A stretch of 64,000 nt of DNA from Camelus ferus (GCF_009834535.1 NC_045698.1:9426001-9490000), one strand, 5' to 3'. Positions 24,801 to 38,548 are shown, counted from the stretch's first letter. Program-made: numbers and translations. The notes: generated by a model from the letters alone, not told the origin.

Positions 24801-27714
24801 TGGTATTATCATCGATCGTTTTGCCTCTTACTCTAATTCCTGGGGCTCTCTCAGTCTAACGTACGCAGGGATTAGCAGATAGCCCTGTGCAGAGGACACT
24901 CCAGCTCCTGCCGAGGGGATACAGGCTCATCTCAAAAGTCAGTTTGGGACCAGAGTCCAAAGTTGGTTTCACTGGCTTTTGCCCCGAAAGAAAGGCAAAG
25001 GTCTAGAAGTTCCCCTTCCCCATATCACGTCGGGGTCAACCTCTAGGCAAGGCCCAGCTTCAGGTGAAAGCGAGGATGTTTTTATGGGCAATAAAGATGC
25101 CAGAAGTTGAGAGAACAAGAAACCCACTGGGCTGGTGACAGAGAAGAAAGTAGAAGTGATCCGTTGACATCATGACTGGGCTGCAGGTCAGGAGAATCCA
25201 GGTGCAGGCAGGTCTTCTAGCTTCCTTACAGCCTCAAAGGGTGTGAATTTTCTCAACAGGAAGATCAGACACGAAGTCAACTCAGGAAACTTCTGAGTTC
25301 TCAGAACCAATCACTCCGGCCAGGGCACCATCCTACCATGTCCCCCAGAAAGCCTGTGTCCACAGCCAACACCACCAGGTTGCACCGGTGGTCCCGGAAA
25401 TCTCAGGGCACCGCCACCATCTGTGAGGATAAGTGTTTCACTGCCAAACAGAAAATGCTCCTCCAGCCCCTACTGAGAAGAAAATTTTACTGAAAAAAAA
25501 AAAAAAGAAATTGTCCACTCAGCAACTTCATTAATTCTCACAGGGGTGTGTCCTCTAATAGGAGAGTGATACCCTCTGTGCTATGGTTTGGGTTGAGATT
25601 TGAGGCATCCCAGCAGCTTGAGTTTTAAGAAGGAAAGTGTCAGCTTCAGCTTTAACTGAGTGCACTTTTAGGCGTCAAACATAGAAATGAAAAAAAAATT
25701 TCCAGTCATTGCTACCACCGGTTGAGAATAACTTTCCATCTATAAACAAACCAATAACAGAAACAAAATCCAAAATTAGTTGAAGGAAGGAAATCTAGAA
25801 AAATAGAGTGAACAGAATGAAACAGCAGCCATTTATGCTCACCTCTGCAAGCCAAGGAAAGACGTCTGCGTGTCTGGACTCAGGCTGCCCAGGAGGTACA
25901 TTTTTTCAACAATGCAGTCAACCTGGCTCTATCAGTTGATGACCTGAAGGCACATCTCAGTAAATGACCTCCAAAACTGAGAAAAGATTATTTGTGAAAG
26001 AAGTCATTATCATGACTCTTAAACAGATATAATATGAACATTGTCAAAGTTTTTTAAAACTTATTATAAAGTGAGGAAACCAGTAAACATTTCAAGTGAT
26101 TCAAAGGAGAATCCAAAGCACAACACATACACAGGGAAACAGGAAAAGCTGAAATAAATGTAGAGATACATGCAAAATAGGTCTCTTCCCAGGGTAATAA
26201 CCCACTGCATTCTACTGGACACATCTAATTTACATATTTATGGACAAGAATCATTTGCATTATTATCAGTTTTATAGAACTTACATAAGATGTAAAATAA
26301 CTCAAAACTATAAAAGGTAGAAATAATATAAAAGGGATTTTCTATTCCAGAATGAGTACAATTTTTTATTTTTTATTTTTTATTTTTTGCCATTTCAAAG
26401 TCTTTCACAATATCCCATGACACAATATGCCCAACTAGGCACCCCCACATGATGTGTGACCCTGTTACAGTGAAAATCAAAGAAGGCATTTCTCTCAACC
26501 GCCAAGTCTCACACTTTTTTCTATACTTGAGATAGAGTTCCATGCTTTTGTTGAATTGCTTCTTCCTGGAACTGATCTACAAGTCTATGGAGATTAGACC
26601 AAAATAGTGTGCGTCTACTGTAATGAACTCAAAACCATCTCACCTAACTAATTACATACGTCTTTAATTATATACTCTGTTATATTCCCTATTAAGGCTC
26701 TCCTTAGTAGTTTCTTGCATTGCAGAATTTGTTTATAAAAGTCTTTTTGGGTACACTCTATATTTCATTTACATTGTACAGTGGCCACATCCAACTTATC
26801 CCATGCTTTTGCCCATAGAACTTTTATTAATGAAAAACATACCCACTCAACATTAACATTATGAGCTGGTATACTGAGCTTACTGACGTTAAGTTAACAA
26901 TTCAGAGTATCTTTTCAAGTTTGATTTGTTGAAATGCATAATGGCATCTTTTATGACATAACTTGCTTCTTTATTTTTTTAAAAGTACATCGAATCTTTT
27001 GATCAACAACTTTTTTAAATGGTGTCCCTTGACAAGAAACAAACAAATGAACAAGAATTAGTATCAATTTTTTAATTCCTTCTTGTTCAGTGCTACACAT
27101 GATTATACCAGTGGTCCCCATGCTGGAAAAGTATTTAGTAACATCAATGTAAAAGAATTAGATTCTTTAAGGGATGAAATCTATTTCAAATGAGGGTCAT
27201 GACAGTTGCCATAATTATCACTTCAACTCAGAATTTCTTGTTCATTATAATGTCCCTTTTAAGAACAGCCCTGACACTTAAGATAAGATTTTGTCATTTC
27301 TCTCTTTAACACATTCAACAAGTTCCCTGAAGCAATGAAGTTCTTCAATAACACTGTTTGCACTTCTTTCAATTTGCATAATTCTGTAGCTAAGGAGATG
27401 CTGAATAAAAAATAAATAGGCCAGACAATATATTATTTTAAAAGTCAATAAAAAAGTAGACCTTTTGTTCTGAATTAAAATATGATTTCAATACTTAAAA
27501 TAAACTGAGAATTCTTTCAGCTCCAATTTTTCAAGGGACCAATGGTTTTTGAATGTGAAAGAATTGGAAAATGGAATTGGAACTCCAATTGTCTTACAGA
27601 CGTTTTACTAGTTTTAAAGAAAACAGTTATCTTAGGCAAGTTGTCTCATAAAACTTGCTACCCAGTTCATTTCAGGCTAAGATAACATAAATTTCAAAAC
27701 AAAATAAAAGCAAC

Positions 27715-27855
27715 ACCAAAATATCACATATAAACATAGATGCAAGTATGCAAATAAAGTATTAGGTAAGAAAATCAACAATGTATTTTAAAAACCATAT
27801 TTTATTATTAGAGTCTATATCAGGAATGCAAGAATGGTTCAACATAAGCAAGGTC
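27715..27855 (+). mobile_element. Old L1 ORF2 RT fragment
   Basis: Degenerate match to ISLMNIDAK...PGMQGWFNI ('caggaatgcaagaatggttcaacata'). Confidence 0.7.
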
Positions 27856-28469
27856 TGAAAATACACATTCCAAGGAATTATTGTTGCAAATGTAACTTAA
27901 TTTTCCATGGCTCTTTTCATAAAATGAGGGATGACCACTCTCAAAGAACATTATAATTCTACGAGACATTTTGAATTAACCTCCACTATAAGAGCACGTG
28001 ACATCCTCATTTGGTGGCTAAATAACCACTCAGCACAGTGTTGCAAAGGTTGGCCAATTGGAAACTGGAAGACTGAGATCTTATGAAATAACTGATATTT
28101 TGTAATAGTTATGAGCATAAATGATATTTTGAGATACCTACAACAGGTATAATGTGTAGAAAAATATCCATGATTTCTGTTGTTATTAATACCACAAATA
28201 ATACTTAATAATATTGAGTTTTTACCTATATTTGTAGTGAAAAGAAATGCTAACTTTCCCATAAGAAAATTACCCTTGCAGATTAAAGAAAATAAAGACC
28301 AACTATTTTTGCATACAAGCTCACAAATATCCTAAGTTCCATTCTTACCCCCTTGGCAGACCATGGGTCAAGGTTAAGGATCACTGTGTCAGACTCAGAT
28401 AACATTTCATCCCAGTGTATTAATAGCACTTACACATATAATCACAATATTTACCACAACGAATAGAAA

Positions 28470-28640
28470 ATAGAAGAATAATGGAAACTATTTGCAGGTA
28501 CTACATGTTTATTCATCCTCACAACAGCACTGTGAGATATGTATACGAATTACTTTCATTTCGTGTTGAAGAAAGTGAAGTTTAGCTGCAACAAATTACG
28601 TCACACATAAAATTAGTGGAAGTCAGAACTAAACCCTTAC
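28470..28640 (-). mobile_element. MIR SINE
   Basis: 'atcctcacaacagcactgtgaga...gaagaaagtgaagtttag...tagtggaagtcagaactaaaccc'. Confidence 0.65.
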
Positions 28641-29052
28641 ATTTAATATCAATGTCAATATCGGTACTTCACCGGATGATGAAAACATGAAAGAAACAGA
28701 TGTGGTATGTGACGGGGGAGGTGAGACTTTCAATAGGACCCCATGCTCAGCCCACACCGGATGATTAGACAAACTGTAGAAAAGACTAGCTGGAGACTTT
28801 AGAGTGAGAAATAAGATATAATATGAAGATAGAAGAATTAAGCAATTGAACAAAAGAGGTTGAATGTTGGTCCTTGAGTCAGAAGTGTAGATAGGAGTTG
28901 TTGGATCAGGGCATCAGCTAAATACCGGTTGATCCTAAAATTGGGTAAAAGAGGTAGCCAGATGCCTTAACAGCAAGGCTAACACTTCCCACACTTACTG
29001 TGGGTCACTCCTTTCCAAGGAAGAGCACGGGTTCAATCGAGGTGGAAGAGAC

Positions 29053-29085
29053 TGCAATTCCCTGCCACACCATGAGACGGCGCTA
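29053..29085 (+). promoter_or_regulatory. CTCF-like site (core plus upstream module)
   Basis: TGCAATTCC-8nt-CCATGAGACGGCGCTA. Confidence 0.5.
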
Positions 29086-30419
29086 TTGAGCTGTCCTGAC
29101 AACTTCAAATCGCCATTGCAGGTTTGAGATACAAGCATTTTTTGCTCGGTTCCACATAATGGTATCTATAAAAATAAGATAAGTATGTAGGAACCTTCTA
29201 CCTGTCTGTTATTTGTTTATGATATTTATTAGCAAGGTGCTAGAGAGTTAAGTATGTGCTAGATACAGTTAACATTTCACCACCTGCAAAAGGTGTTTAA
29301 TAAATTACTCTAAACTTTGATGGTGTCACCTGGCAGTATTCCTAATTGAGGAGTAATCTAAAAAATAATTTCATTGTAACCATAACTTAAGCTGTATGTC
29401 TAAGGCAATATTATTTGTTAGGAAAAAGCAATAATAATTTAATGATAATTATTGTGAAAACAGTGCACTAATCTCGACAGCACACAAATGATATGCCTCT
29501 CTAGTTAAAACACCTGAGCCCATTACAGCTCTCTCATTATTGAATCTCCAAAGACCAAACAAAAACAGTGGTGTTTTTAATTATCCTGATTGCAACCCAC
29601 ATTAAATAAACATTGACCCCGGAAGGATATGCAGAATTTGTGATTTTTGAAGCCATTTAGATATCAATTTTATATTCAGAGAACTGTAGCTTTTCCAGCA
29701 AAAAAAATAACAAAATAAAAAAAGTATAATCTTTATATATCCTGGAAAATACTGACTTTGTTTCATTTCTATAATTAATCTATTATCCATATATAAAATA
29801 ATACAAGTTAAAATACAAAAGCAAAGAGGGTATGCTTTATATATACCTTTTATAATTTTCTGTATACAACTATAATGAATTTGAGGCATAACAGAAATAA
29901 AAATTTTATGTCTGCACATTTTTCATAGCTAATTTATATACCTAAAAAATTCTACAAATAAAAATTTAATGCTTAAAAAATTCCAAATAGGAGATTAGAA
30001 AATGAAATTATCTACCCCGATTACCCTCCACAGAAGATGAGTTGATAAATTATTGAATAAACACATTATTTGGTGATATGGAGATAAACAGCAAAATAAT
30101 TAAATTTTTTAAAATTTAGGTTTAAATATTTTGTTCTAGACTGAGATAAGAGGTTGGAAAAGAGAAGACTGAAAAGACATTTAAACCCATTTGAACATAA
30201 AAATTTTAGCCATGTGCATTTGTGGCTTTCAATATTTTAAATTTAAAAAATTGATAAATGTACTAAGTTCCTTTTCTTAGTATTTCTGTCCCAAATCTAT
30301 CCCTTCTAATGGTATGAACTGATCAGTAGTGTTAGCATAAATTATCATTTTCTTGCATGTGAACACCAATAGTTATAGTTAGGGAATATAAGATTTCTTT
30401 AATTGTAAATGATAATAGA

Positions 30420-31230
30420 TTTTGGCATCTTATACCAGGATAGTGGCAGTAGGGTGGTAGGTAGTGAATGTATTATGAATATATTTTGAAGTTATAGCTA
30501 ACAGGACTTTCTGAGATAACTAAGACAATGGGAGTGGTGAAGAATGCCTCCTGTATTTTTGACCATGGTGACTGGGAGAATGATTTTCTGTGGTAGGAAA
30601 GACTATGGAAGGAGAAGGTTTATAGGATAGAAAACTGCAGCAAATTAAAGGCAACCAAAAATTCTTTAGCATATATACCATTGAGAGGTGGGTCAATGCC
30701 TTTGCCCTTGAACCTGAGTGGGTCCTGTGACTTTTCACTCATGAGATATGTTGTGTGTGATGCTGTGCCAGTTTCTGGGCACATGGCCCTAAGAGATTGG
30801 CAACTTAACTTTGTTTCTTGGAACACTCGCTCTTAGAATCTGAAGTTCCATATAAGAAGTATGACCACTCCAGTCTACCACACTGTAAGGAAACTCAAGC
30901 CATGTGGGGAGTCATGAAGGATGAAACCATATGAACCGTGATGGAGATGAAGGAGAGACAAAGAAACGCAGAGAGACCGCCATGCATGAAAGAGAAGAAA
31001 TCATCTTGGGCGTGGATCATTCAATCCCAGACACCCCAGCTGATGGCATGTGGATGACAAACTATCTATCTGAAATCTTTCCAAATTTGCAACCTACAAG
31101 ATCCAGCACAAAAATAAAGTTGCTCTTTTAAAACATTAAGTTTAGGAGGAGTAGTTCACTACACAGCACTAGATTATCAAATCAGGACCAAGAGTTGAGT
31201 TTTATACATGCCAATTTTGAGAAACCCATA
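30420..31230 (-). mobile_element. L2 fragment split by the MLT1G-like LTR
   Basis: 'gtggcagtagggtgg...atattttgaag...acaggactttctga' resumes as 'ccaagagttgagttttatacatg' after 31184. Confidence 0.6.
30636..31184 (+). mobile_element. MLT1G/H-like MaLR solo LTR
   Basis: 'ccattgagaggtgggtcaatg...cccttgaacctgagtggg...aataaagttgctcttttaaaacattaagttt...cagcactagattatc'. Confidence 0.8.
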
Positions 31231-34029
31231 AATACTCAAGTTTCAACATATTCTAGCTTTGGGATATTTGACAATTTGTTTCTGAGGATTAAATGAGATA
31301 ATGTCTGCAGAGCGCTTATTTCCTCCCTGTTATAAATCACTCAACAAATGTTAGATTATTTTCAATTTTCAAAGTCACCTGATAGCCAAAGAACAGAGGA
31401 AATTAATTATGTTATGAATCAGAATGTTGTATAAATTTTATGGTGATTAATCATGCAGAGAGGTAGAGGTGGAAAGAACACATGAAATTAAGAATGCTTA
31501 TATTAATACAGCCTATTTTATAGTGGATGGTCAGTAGATATTCTTTAAATGTAATAATTCATAAAAAGTTTATATATTATATATATGTAATATATATATA
31601 TATGTCTTAGAAGTTAATTTCTACAATAATCTGAAATAATGTTTCTAAGATAGAAAGGGAAAAGGGGACCAAATTGATGCTGTATTGAAAGCATGATAAT
31701 TTGTTCTTCCTGTAGCAGAAAATCATATGTTTGTAGTTTTCTACAATGTATTATACACTAATGTGTGTGTGTGTAGGGGGGTGTAAGTATAATGGAAAGC
31801 AATATGGATTGTATAATGCATTTATAAAGATAATATTAAATATATATTTCATATGCCAGAAATAAATTTTGAAAAATTATGCAATCAATTGTGGATTGTA
31901 GGGGATGGGAAAATAAGAAAACTTCTCATTTTTACTTTCACAATTTTGCAAATTCAAAAGAAGACTTTACAAAGTACAATGAAATTAAAATTCCCGTTAT
32001 TACTCAATACACTTTTACAACATATGTCAATTCTCATCCAATGCGTAAGAGTTAAAATGCCCACATTTTACTTAAAGTGTGAAGTATCTATACAGTTATG
32101 AATGTGGTTTTTAAACTAATCACCATGGTAACTAGTTCTATGTAAGAATTAATGTCATGTCATAGTGTTCATTTTGCCTTATGCAAAACTTCTACCTCAT
32201 AATCCCATTAATCACTTATTTCTGTTATAACTATTATTATTGACTATTTGATTTATGTTTTCTAACCAGAAGGAACCAGAAACAGACAAACAAACAGGCA
32301 AGTCGATGAATCTGTAGTCTTTATGGTGACATATCCTGAGAGAAGAGTCACTCAGTAGTCCTTTTGTGGCACTGTCAGAATTATTTTTCAAAGACCGAGG
32401 CCATAAAGAATTCTGTCACTAGCTCAGGGTCTAACTTTATTTTATGAAGAAAAACAGATTTAAGCGAAAGAAGGCTAAGGTATTTTACTGCACTGAAAAA
32501 AATTTCGTTTAAGAAACTAACGCAACACCATAGATGTTTTATTAAAATTCCGTCAAGTCTCCATTTTCTTTTTCTGCTTTGCCTTCCTTATCTTTGCTAC
32601 AGATTCATTATCACCTACTATGTATAAAATGTGCTCCATCTGTCGGAGGCCTTGGGATGCTTTTGCAGCCTAATGTTTGAGACATTCTAATTCATCACCA
32701 TGCAAGAAACTATGATACATTTAGTGCATCATTTCCCTGAGGACTGTATGGTGACTCGACTATGGGGGAGAGAGAGTGACATGAAAGGTCATTCTCATCT
32801 CTCAGTTTTGTGATAAAGCACTGAGCATTGGTTGTGTTTGCCAGTTTAAAAGGTAGATGTGCAACCATTTTGGTATAAAAATGGTAATATCTGGCAACTC
32901 AATATAGAGGGTAAAATACAAAAACTGTGTGAGATTCTGATAGTAGGTATCACCAACTTCAAGGATACTGGAGCACGACAGAGCCTCCATGACTTGAACC
33001 ATCATATTAAACTGTTGAACAAGTTAGGAAGGCTGAGTACCAGGAAGGAAAAATAACCAGAAAGAGATTTTGAACCACTTTCATAATTCTTGCCATTTCA
33101 AAACAAACCACAGGACAATCTCCATGAATTTACTAGCTCAAGAGCTCTGGTGGGAGCTGCAAATGGAGTTTCCGACAAAAAAGAAGAACCACAGGGAGGG
33201 TCACAGAGCAACGACAGGCATTACTAATTTGAAATAGAAAAACTGAGCCCAACTGCCTTCTACTGACCACTGGGGAAAGATCTAGGTTTCTGTTGTCTAC
33301 AGCAATTCTTGGCAAATCCCATCACAATCTAATGCATGTTTCTATGCCTAGTAATTAAAACACAACATGTTCCAAGAAGTTGCACAGAGGCTGAGGTCAA
33401 AAGACCATGTTAGGGCAGCTGAACTAGCTCAGCTGCATTTCCAGAGGACAATTGCTTTTCATAATTAAACTTTAAACAGCGTAATTTGGAGAGGAATGTA
33501 CCCACCTCCTAAGGCCCATTCTGATATGGTCAAAATTTCTTATAATGGGATGTTCCTGGAACAGAGTCAGGGTATTAGCATAGGACCTGGAAGCCATATT
33601 GCAAACAAAGTGACATTGGAAAAATCTTCAGTTGCTTTCTTTTTTATGTATATTCCTTCCTCTCCATCCTCCCATTTATACCCAGCCTTTACCTCGTAAG
33701 TAAAATTTATGAAAAGCATTCATTAACACCCTTATTCCACCAAGCACACACATCTCTTTTGTTACCTAAAGTATTAAGTCAGTCAACAGTGACACCACGG
33801 TAAGGCTTTTACCCAAATATCTCTGTCTGTACTCTCTACCTGTGCGCCTTTTAAAACACACCACTTCCTCCAGCTTCGTTCATTAGTATTCTCTGTATCC
33901 TTTCTCATCTAGCCTTTTCAAGGATTTCTCTCTTGCAATTAGCCCTTCTCCTTCTGTTTCCTTCTGCCCCTCTCATTGGAATCATTTAATCCATTTTTCA
34001 AACATTATATTAATTACAAAAAAAATGAG

Positions 34030-34320
34030 GAAAAACTTTTCTGGACTCCTATGTTAAGGAGTTTGATGGTTTTTTTCATCCAAAGCTATTAGACAACCAG
34101 TGAGGGGTATTAAGCAGTAAAATATCATAAGGACTGACCTCTTGAGAATATCATCCTGTCTGCTGTGTGCAGAATCTATCGGAGGGGCTAGGCGGGAAGC
34201 AAGGAGACCCATCAGGAGGCTTGCCAGTGGCCGTATCCAGACAGTGGCAGTGGGGGCAGACATTAGATGGATGCAGGGAGAGCGTGGTGGGAAGCACAAA
34301 AGGAGGTGGGACTGGATCAG
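34030..34320 (-). mobile_element. L2 fragment
   Basis: 'ttaaggagtttg...gaatatcatcctgtctgctgtgtgcagaat...gaagcaaggagacccatcaggaggct'. Confidence 0.7.
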
Positions 34321-34875
34321 ATGATTGGCTCAGCCTGTTGAATTTGGGGTCTGGTGAACTTTCAAGTACATTTGTTAGACATAGGTATTCAGGGAATATA
34401 TTGGTAGAAATTTTGAAGTCTTTGATCTATAAGGTCCAATCAAAATACTGACAACTTACACACACACACACCTTGCAAGTATTGGGAAAAAATGGAGAGA
34501 AAGTTATATGAATAGTATGTATTAAGAGTGCTACTATATATACCAACTTATATATGTTTTAAGTCTGTTTGTTCTCAGTTCTTATTCTGACTTACTGCTA
34601 ACTACTTCATACCCTTGGCTTGCCTGGAATGCAATTTCCTTGAAGTGTAAAATAATGAAGTTTGAATACAGAATTATAAGATCTATATCATTTCCAAGAT
34701 CTAAAATTCAGTGCCTGATTTTCAAACCAATTTATAAACCAGAAGACCAAATTCTGTATATAATTTAAGTAATATCCCAGCACCTCAATGCCAATCATCT
34801 GCCAATCCTGTGTTTTAAAATTCCAGGCAAAACTGGACCTTTCTTCTTAGGCAGAGAAGAGTTTAGATTCACCCA

Positions 34876-35310
34876 CATGGCTCTTTTAGAATTCATCCAA
34901 AAGCAGTCCCTGAGACAAGGTTTTGAGCACATGTCAGCTTTTTGGAAAGTAAAGAAAACACTAGTGAGGGGAGAAGAAAATCAGACAAGCAAGGATAGAG
35001 CCAATAAAGGAGATGTTTCAAAGTCAGCTCCCATTGTGGGTTACTGGCCTCAAGCCCACGGAGGAAACTAGGAGGCCAGAGCCATTCCATTTGGAGGGTG
35101 AGAGAGCCGGGGGGAGTTATACACCACCTCCTGTCAATCACTGCTCCAAGGCCGTGACTCCAGCACATCCAGCCAGGGGCATGCAAGCCACAGGGCTCTT
35201 CTACAGCATAGAAAGTCTTCCGACAGAAAGGGCAGATGCTGGAAGTCAGGAGGCAATAGAGTCGTAGGGCGAGGGGATACAAGTAAGGCCCAGTTGTTAC
35301 CTGTTCCACT
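34876..35310 (-). mobile_element. LTR16-family ERVL solo LTR
   Basis: 'aaaagcagtccctgagacaaggttttgagcac' resembles a reversed LTR16-type terminus. Confidence 0.6.
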
Positions 35311-36446
35311 GCCTCAGCAGGAAAATATCTAGAGCAACTTCTTCACTGGCCAGAACCCTAGGAACCCCAAGAACCCCATGCTTTGAGGAAACTGCAGGTT
35401 GGTTCCTGTGAACTGAAGACACTAGGACTGGCTAAAACGTCCCCAGGTTTTTCTCAAGCCATTGCATAGTCTTGTGATTTGCATATATTTCTGAGCATTT
35501 ACTTTTACTTTTTCATAAATAGGAATGTAAAGATCTGAACAGGAACCTGGGTGAGAAAGAATTATGACCAATACCTAAAAGGGAAAATAAAACTATTTTG
35601 AATGGTTCAAAAAATTTTATAGATATTTCATCAGCTATGCAATTGATTTCCTGGTAACTTGCAGATGGAATCATATTGTGATACACATACATTTATTTCA
35701 AATGTACCTAACTTGTAAGCCTACTTTTGGAATAGAAATCTGACACAGTAATTAGGAATGTCGATTTACTTTCCAAAATAATGAAGTTAATTTAGCCACT
35801 AAGAGTTTAAAAAAATGTTGCTGATCTATGAAAAAAAAATAGGAAATCCAAGTTCTTTAGTAATTTTGCTGTAATTAATAAAAACATTTCCTTATCTTTT
35901 CAGGATGGAGTATTTTCTAATTTATTTCCTCAAATCTCTCAGTCTTCCCAGGACAAATTTTGCTAGATCATATTTCAGAAATAGGAAATAAATGATAGGT
36001 ATGTTTTATTTTTGACCTTTACTGCTGTAATTTTTTTTTCAATAAAGATACATGGCAAGGGAATCTCTCTAACAGTTCTTTCAAATAGGTGAGGGGGGAA
36101 ATTTTTATCTGTCTACTGGGTGCCTAGCTTCTGAATGAAGTGCAAAAGGCTTATTAAAATAACATTATCAACACTCTCCATTTCTTTCTCAGTTTGGACT
36201 TTTAAAGCCTTATGTCTAAATAGCCTTTTATACAACAGTAGGACCAGCAGTGACACATCAGCTCTGGAAGGCCAGGAATCATTTGTCCAAGTGTAACTGA
36301 GGAAGGGGAAATTCTCTATACAACTCTCATTTAACACAGGGGCTGGCAAGCTAATACATCTGTCCAGTGTATGAGATGATTGTAATTCATGACTTGTCCT
36401 GTCGGTGTCCTTGAAACATTGTTTTAGAAGTCCTAGGTTCTGTATC

Positions 36447-36895
36447 TATAGCAGATTAAATGGTGCCATCATCCTGACTCTTGAAAATAAAAGAAGATAC
36501 ACCCACTCAGAATTTGTGAACATGACCATACTGGGGATGGGGACAAGGGTCTTTGAGGATGTAATTAAATCAAAGATCTCCAGATGAGATCACTTTGGAT
36601 TGTCTGAGTAGGGCCTTGTTCCAATGTGTTCTTATAAGAAACAGAAAAGAGAAGACACGCACACGGAGGAGAGGCCACGTGAAGATGGAGGCAGAGTTGT
36701 GCAGCCACAAGCCAAGGGTCACTGGGACTACCGGAGGTCGGAGGGACGAGGAAAGTCTCCCGCCAGGCCAAGTGTTTGGAGGAAATGTGACCCTGCCATA
36801 CCTTGATTTCTGACTTCTGGCTTCCAGAACTCGGAGAGAATAAATTTCTGCTGTGTTAAGCCACCAAGTTTATGTTTATTTAAGAAACTAATATA
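36447..36895 (+). mobile_element. MLT1C-like solo LTR
   Basis: 'ggccacgtgaagatggaggcagag...cagccacaagccaagg...gacttctggcttccagaact...aataaatttctgctgtgttaagccacc'. Confidence 0.85.
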
Positions 36896-37089
36896 AGCAT
36901 TATATTTTCCCTAAAAGCCATTTTCAGTCTTACTAGTGAACTGTTGACAGTATTTTCCATTTTTACGTCACTAAAAAAGCTATAGACGTTTGTTACTGTG
37001 ATGCTGGTTTGATATTTTCAGTTTGAGCAAATGTGACAACAATACTGGTGTTCCCTGTGCCTGTTTTCCTTGGATTGTCAGTACGTAGA

Positions 37090-37750
37090 GTGTGTCCACT
37101 TCCAGCAAGTCACGGCCATTTGTCTAGCTCTACTCAAAGAAATGTGAACAGAAGGAATATGATTCTCCTGCTCCTTTTTATCGCTCCAATGGCCAAGAGT
37201 CCTGGCTGGCTTGACTAAAACAGGGTACCACCAACGGGGTGGCTTTGACAAACAGTCACAGCTCACAGTTCTGGAAGCAGGAAGTCCAACACAGGGCACT
37301 AGTGTGGTCGCACTAGTGAGGGTGCGGGTGCTTTTCCTGGCTTGTAGGTGGTCATCTTCTCGCTGTGTCCTCATGTGGCAGAGAGAGGAACCTCTGGTCT
37401 CTCTTCCTTTTCTTATAAATTCAAAAATCCCATCATGGGGCCCCACCCTTATAACCATATATAAACCTAATCACCTCCCAAAAGGCTTATCTCCAAATAC
37501 CATCACAGTGGAGGGTAGGGTTTCCAGGTATGAATTTGGCGGGACACACAAGCATTCAGTCCATTACATCAGGGAAGCCAGCGTAGGAATGAAGTACCAC
37601 CAGATCAAAGCAGCAGATAGCTGCCCTGGAGAATCTCCCAGACGAGTAATAGGCTTGATAGGAACAAGGAGAAAACTTCTGCTGTGTTAAACTACATAGA
37701 GCACTGTGATGTTTATTACTACAGTATAAACTAGATCACCCTAAGAGCAT
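37090..37750 (+). mobile_element. Old MLT1 (J/K-like) LTR split by an MLT1A
   Basis: 5' part 'ccacttccagcaagtcacggccat...aaatgtgaacagaag'; 3' part 'aaacttctgctgtgttaaactac...ttattactacagtata'. Confidence 0.55.
37205..37568 (-). mobile_element. MLT1A/A0 solo LTR
   Basis: 'ctcacagttctggaagcaggaagtcc...cctaatcacctcccaaaagg...cattcagtccattaca'. Confidence 0.85.
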
Positions 37751-38138
37751 ATATAAAGCTAGAATTAAAAGAGTGTTATTATTTAGTAAGAATTCTGCTT
37801 ATAACCCAAGAGGCAATGCCATCAGATAAATTTCTTGGGCTACAACTGTGTGCATCCACAGATTGAAATTCCTCTGGGTATGATGCAACTGAGCAAATGT
37901 GCATTGTCATAGGATTTCGTCCATTATACACACAAATTTCCCCTCCAAATACCACATATTACTAACACATAATGTGTAACATATAGAAACATAAAATATG
38001 GAAACGTTTAAATAAAGGGCAATGATTGGATCCTATGTATAGTGAATACATGGAAATTTAATTGTTTCTTAAAAGTTTTTATTATTTGATTTAACTTTTG
38101 GTTAACATATTACCTTTTAGAGAAAACAGTATTTCAGC

Positions 38139-38548
38139 GTTCTAATCCCTAGAACCTGTGAATATGTTACTTTATGTGGCAAAAGGGACTTTGCAGATGT
38201 GATTAAGAATCCTGAGATGAGATTATCCTGGGTGGGCCCAAAGTAATCCCAACAATGCTTATGAGACGGAGACAGAAAGTCTGAGAGGAGAGAAGATGCT
38301 ACAGTGTTGGTTCTGAAGATGGTGGACGGGGCCAGAAGCCAAGGGATGGATACGGTTTCTAGAAGCTGGTAAACTCAAGAAAATCTCTTTCCCCACCAGC
38401 GCATTTGGAAGGCCTGCCAGTAGCTTGATTTCAGGTCAGTGAAACTGAGTTTTGGATTTCTGATCTCTGAAACTGTAAGATAATAAATATGTATTGTTTT
38501 AAGCCTCAAAATTTATGGTAACTAGAGTAGCAATAGGAAACGAATACA
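38139..38548 (+). mobile_element. MLT1D solo LTR
   Basis: 'ctaatccctagaacctgtgaatatgttactttatgtggcaaaagggactttgcagatgtgattaag...gcaataggaaacgaataca'. Confidence 0.85.

Noticed and set aside
37211..37690. Longest ORF (159 aa)
   Set aside because: Lies over antisense MLT1A and older MLT1 LTR sequence, starts at TTG rather than ATG, and has no recognisable domain.
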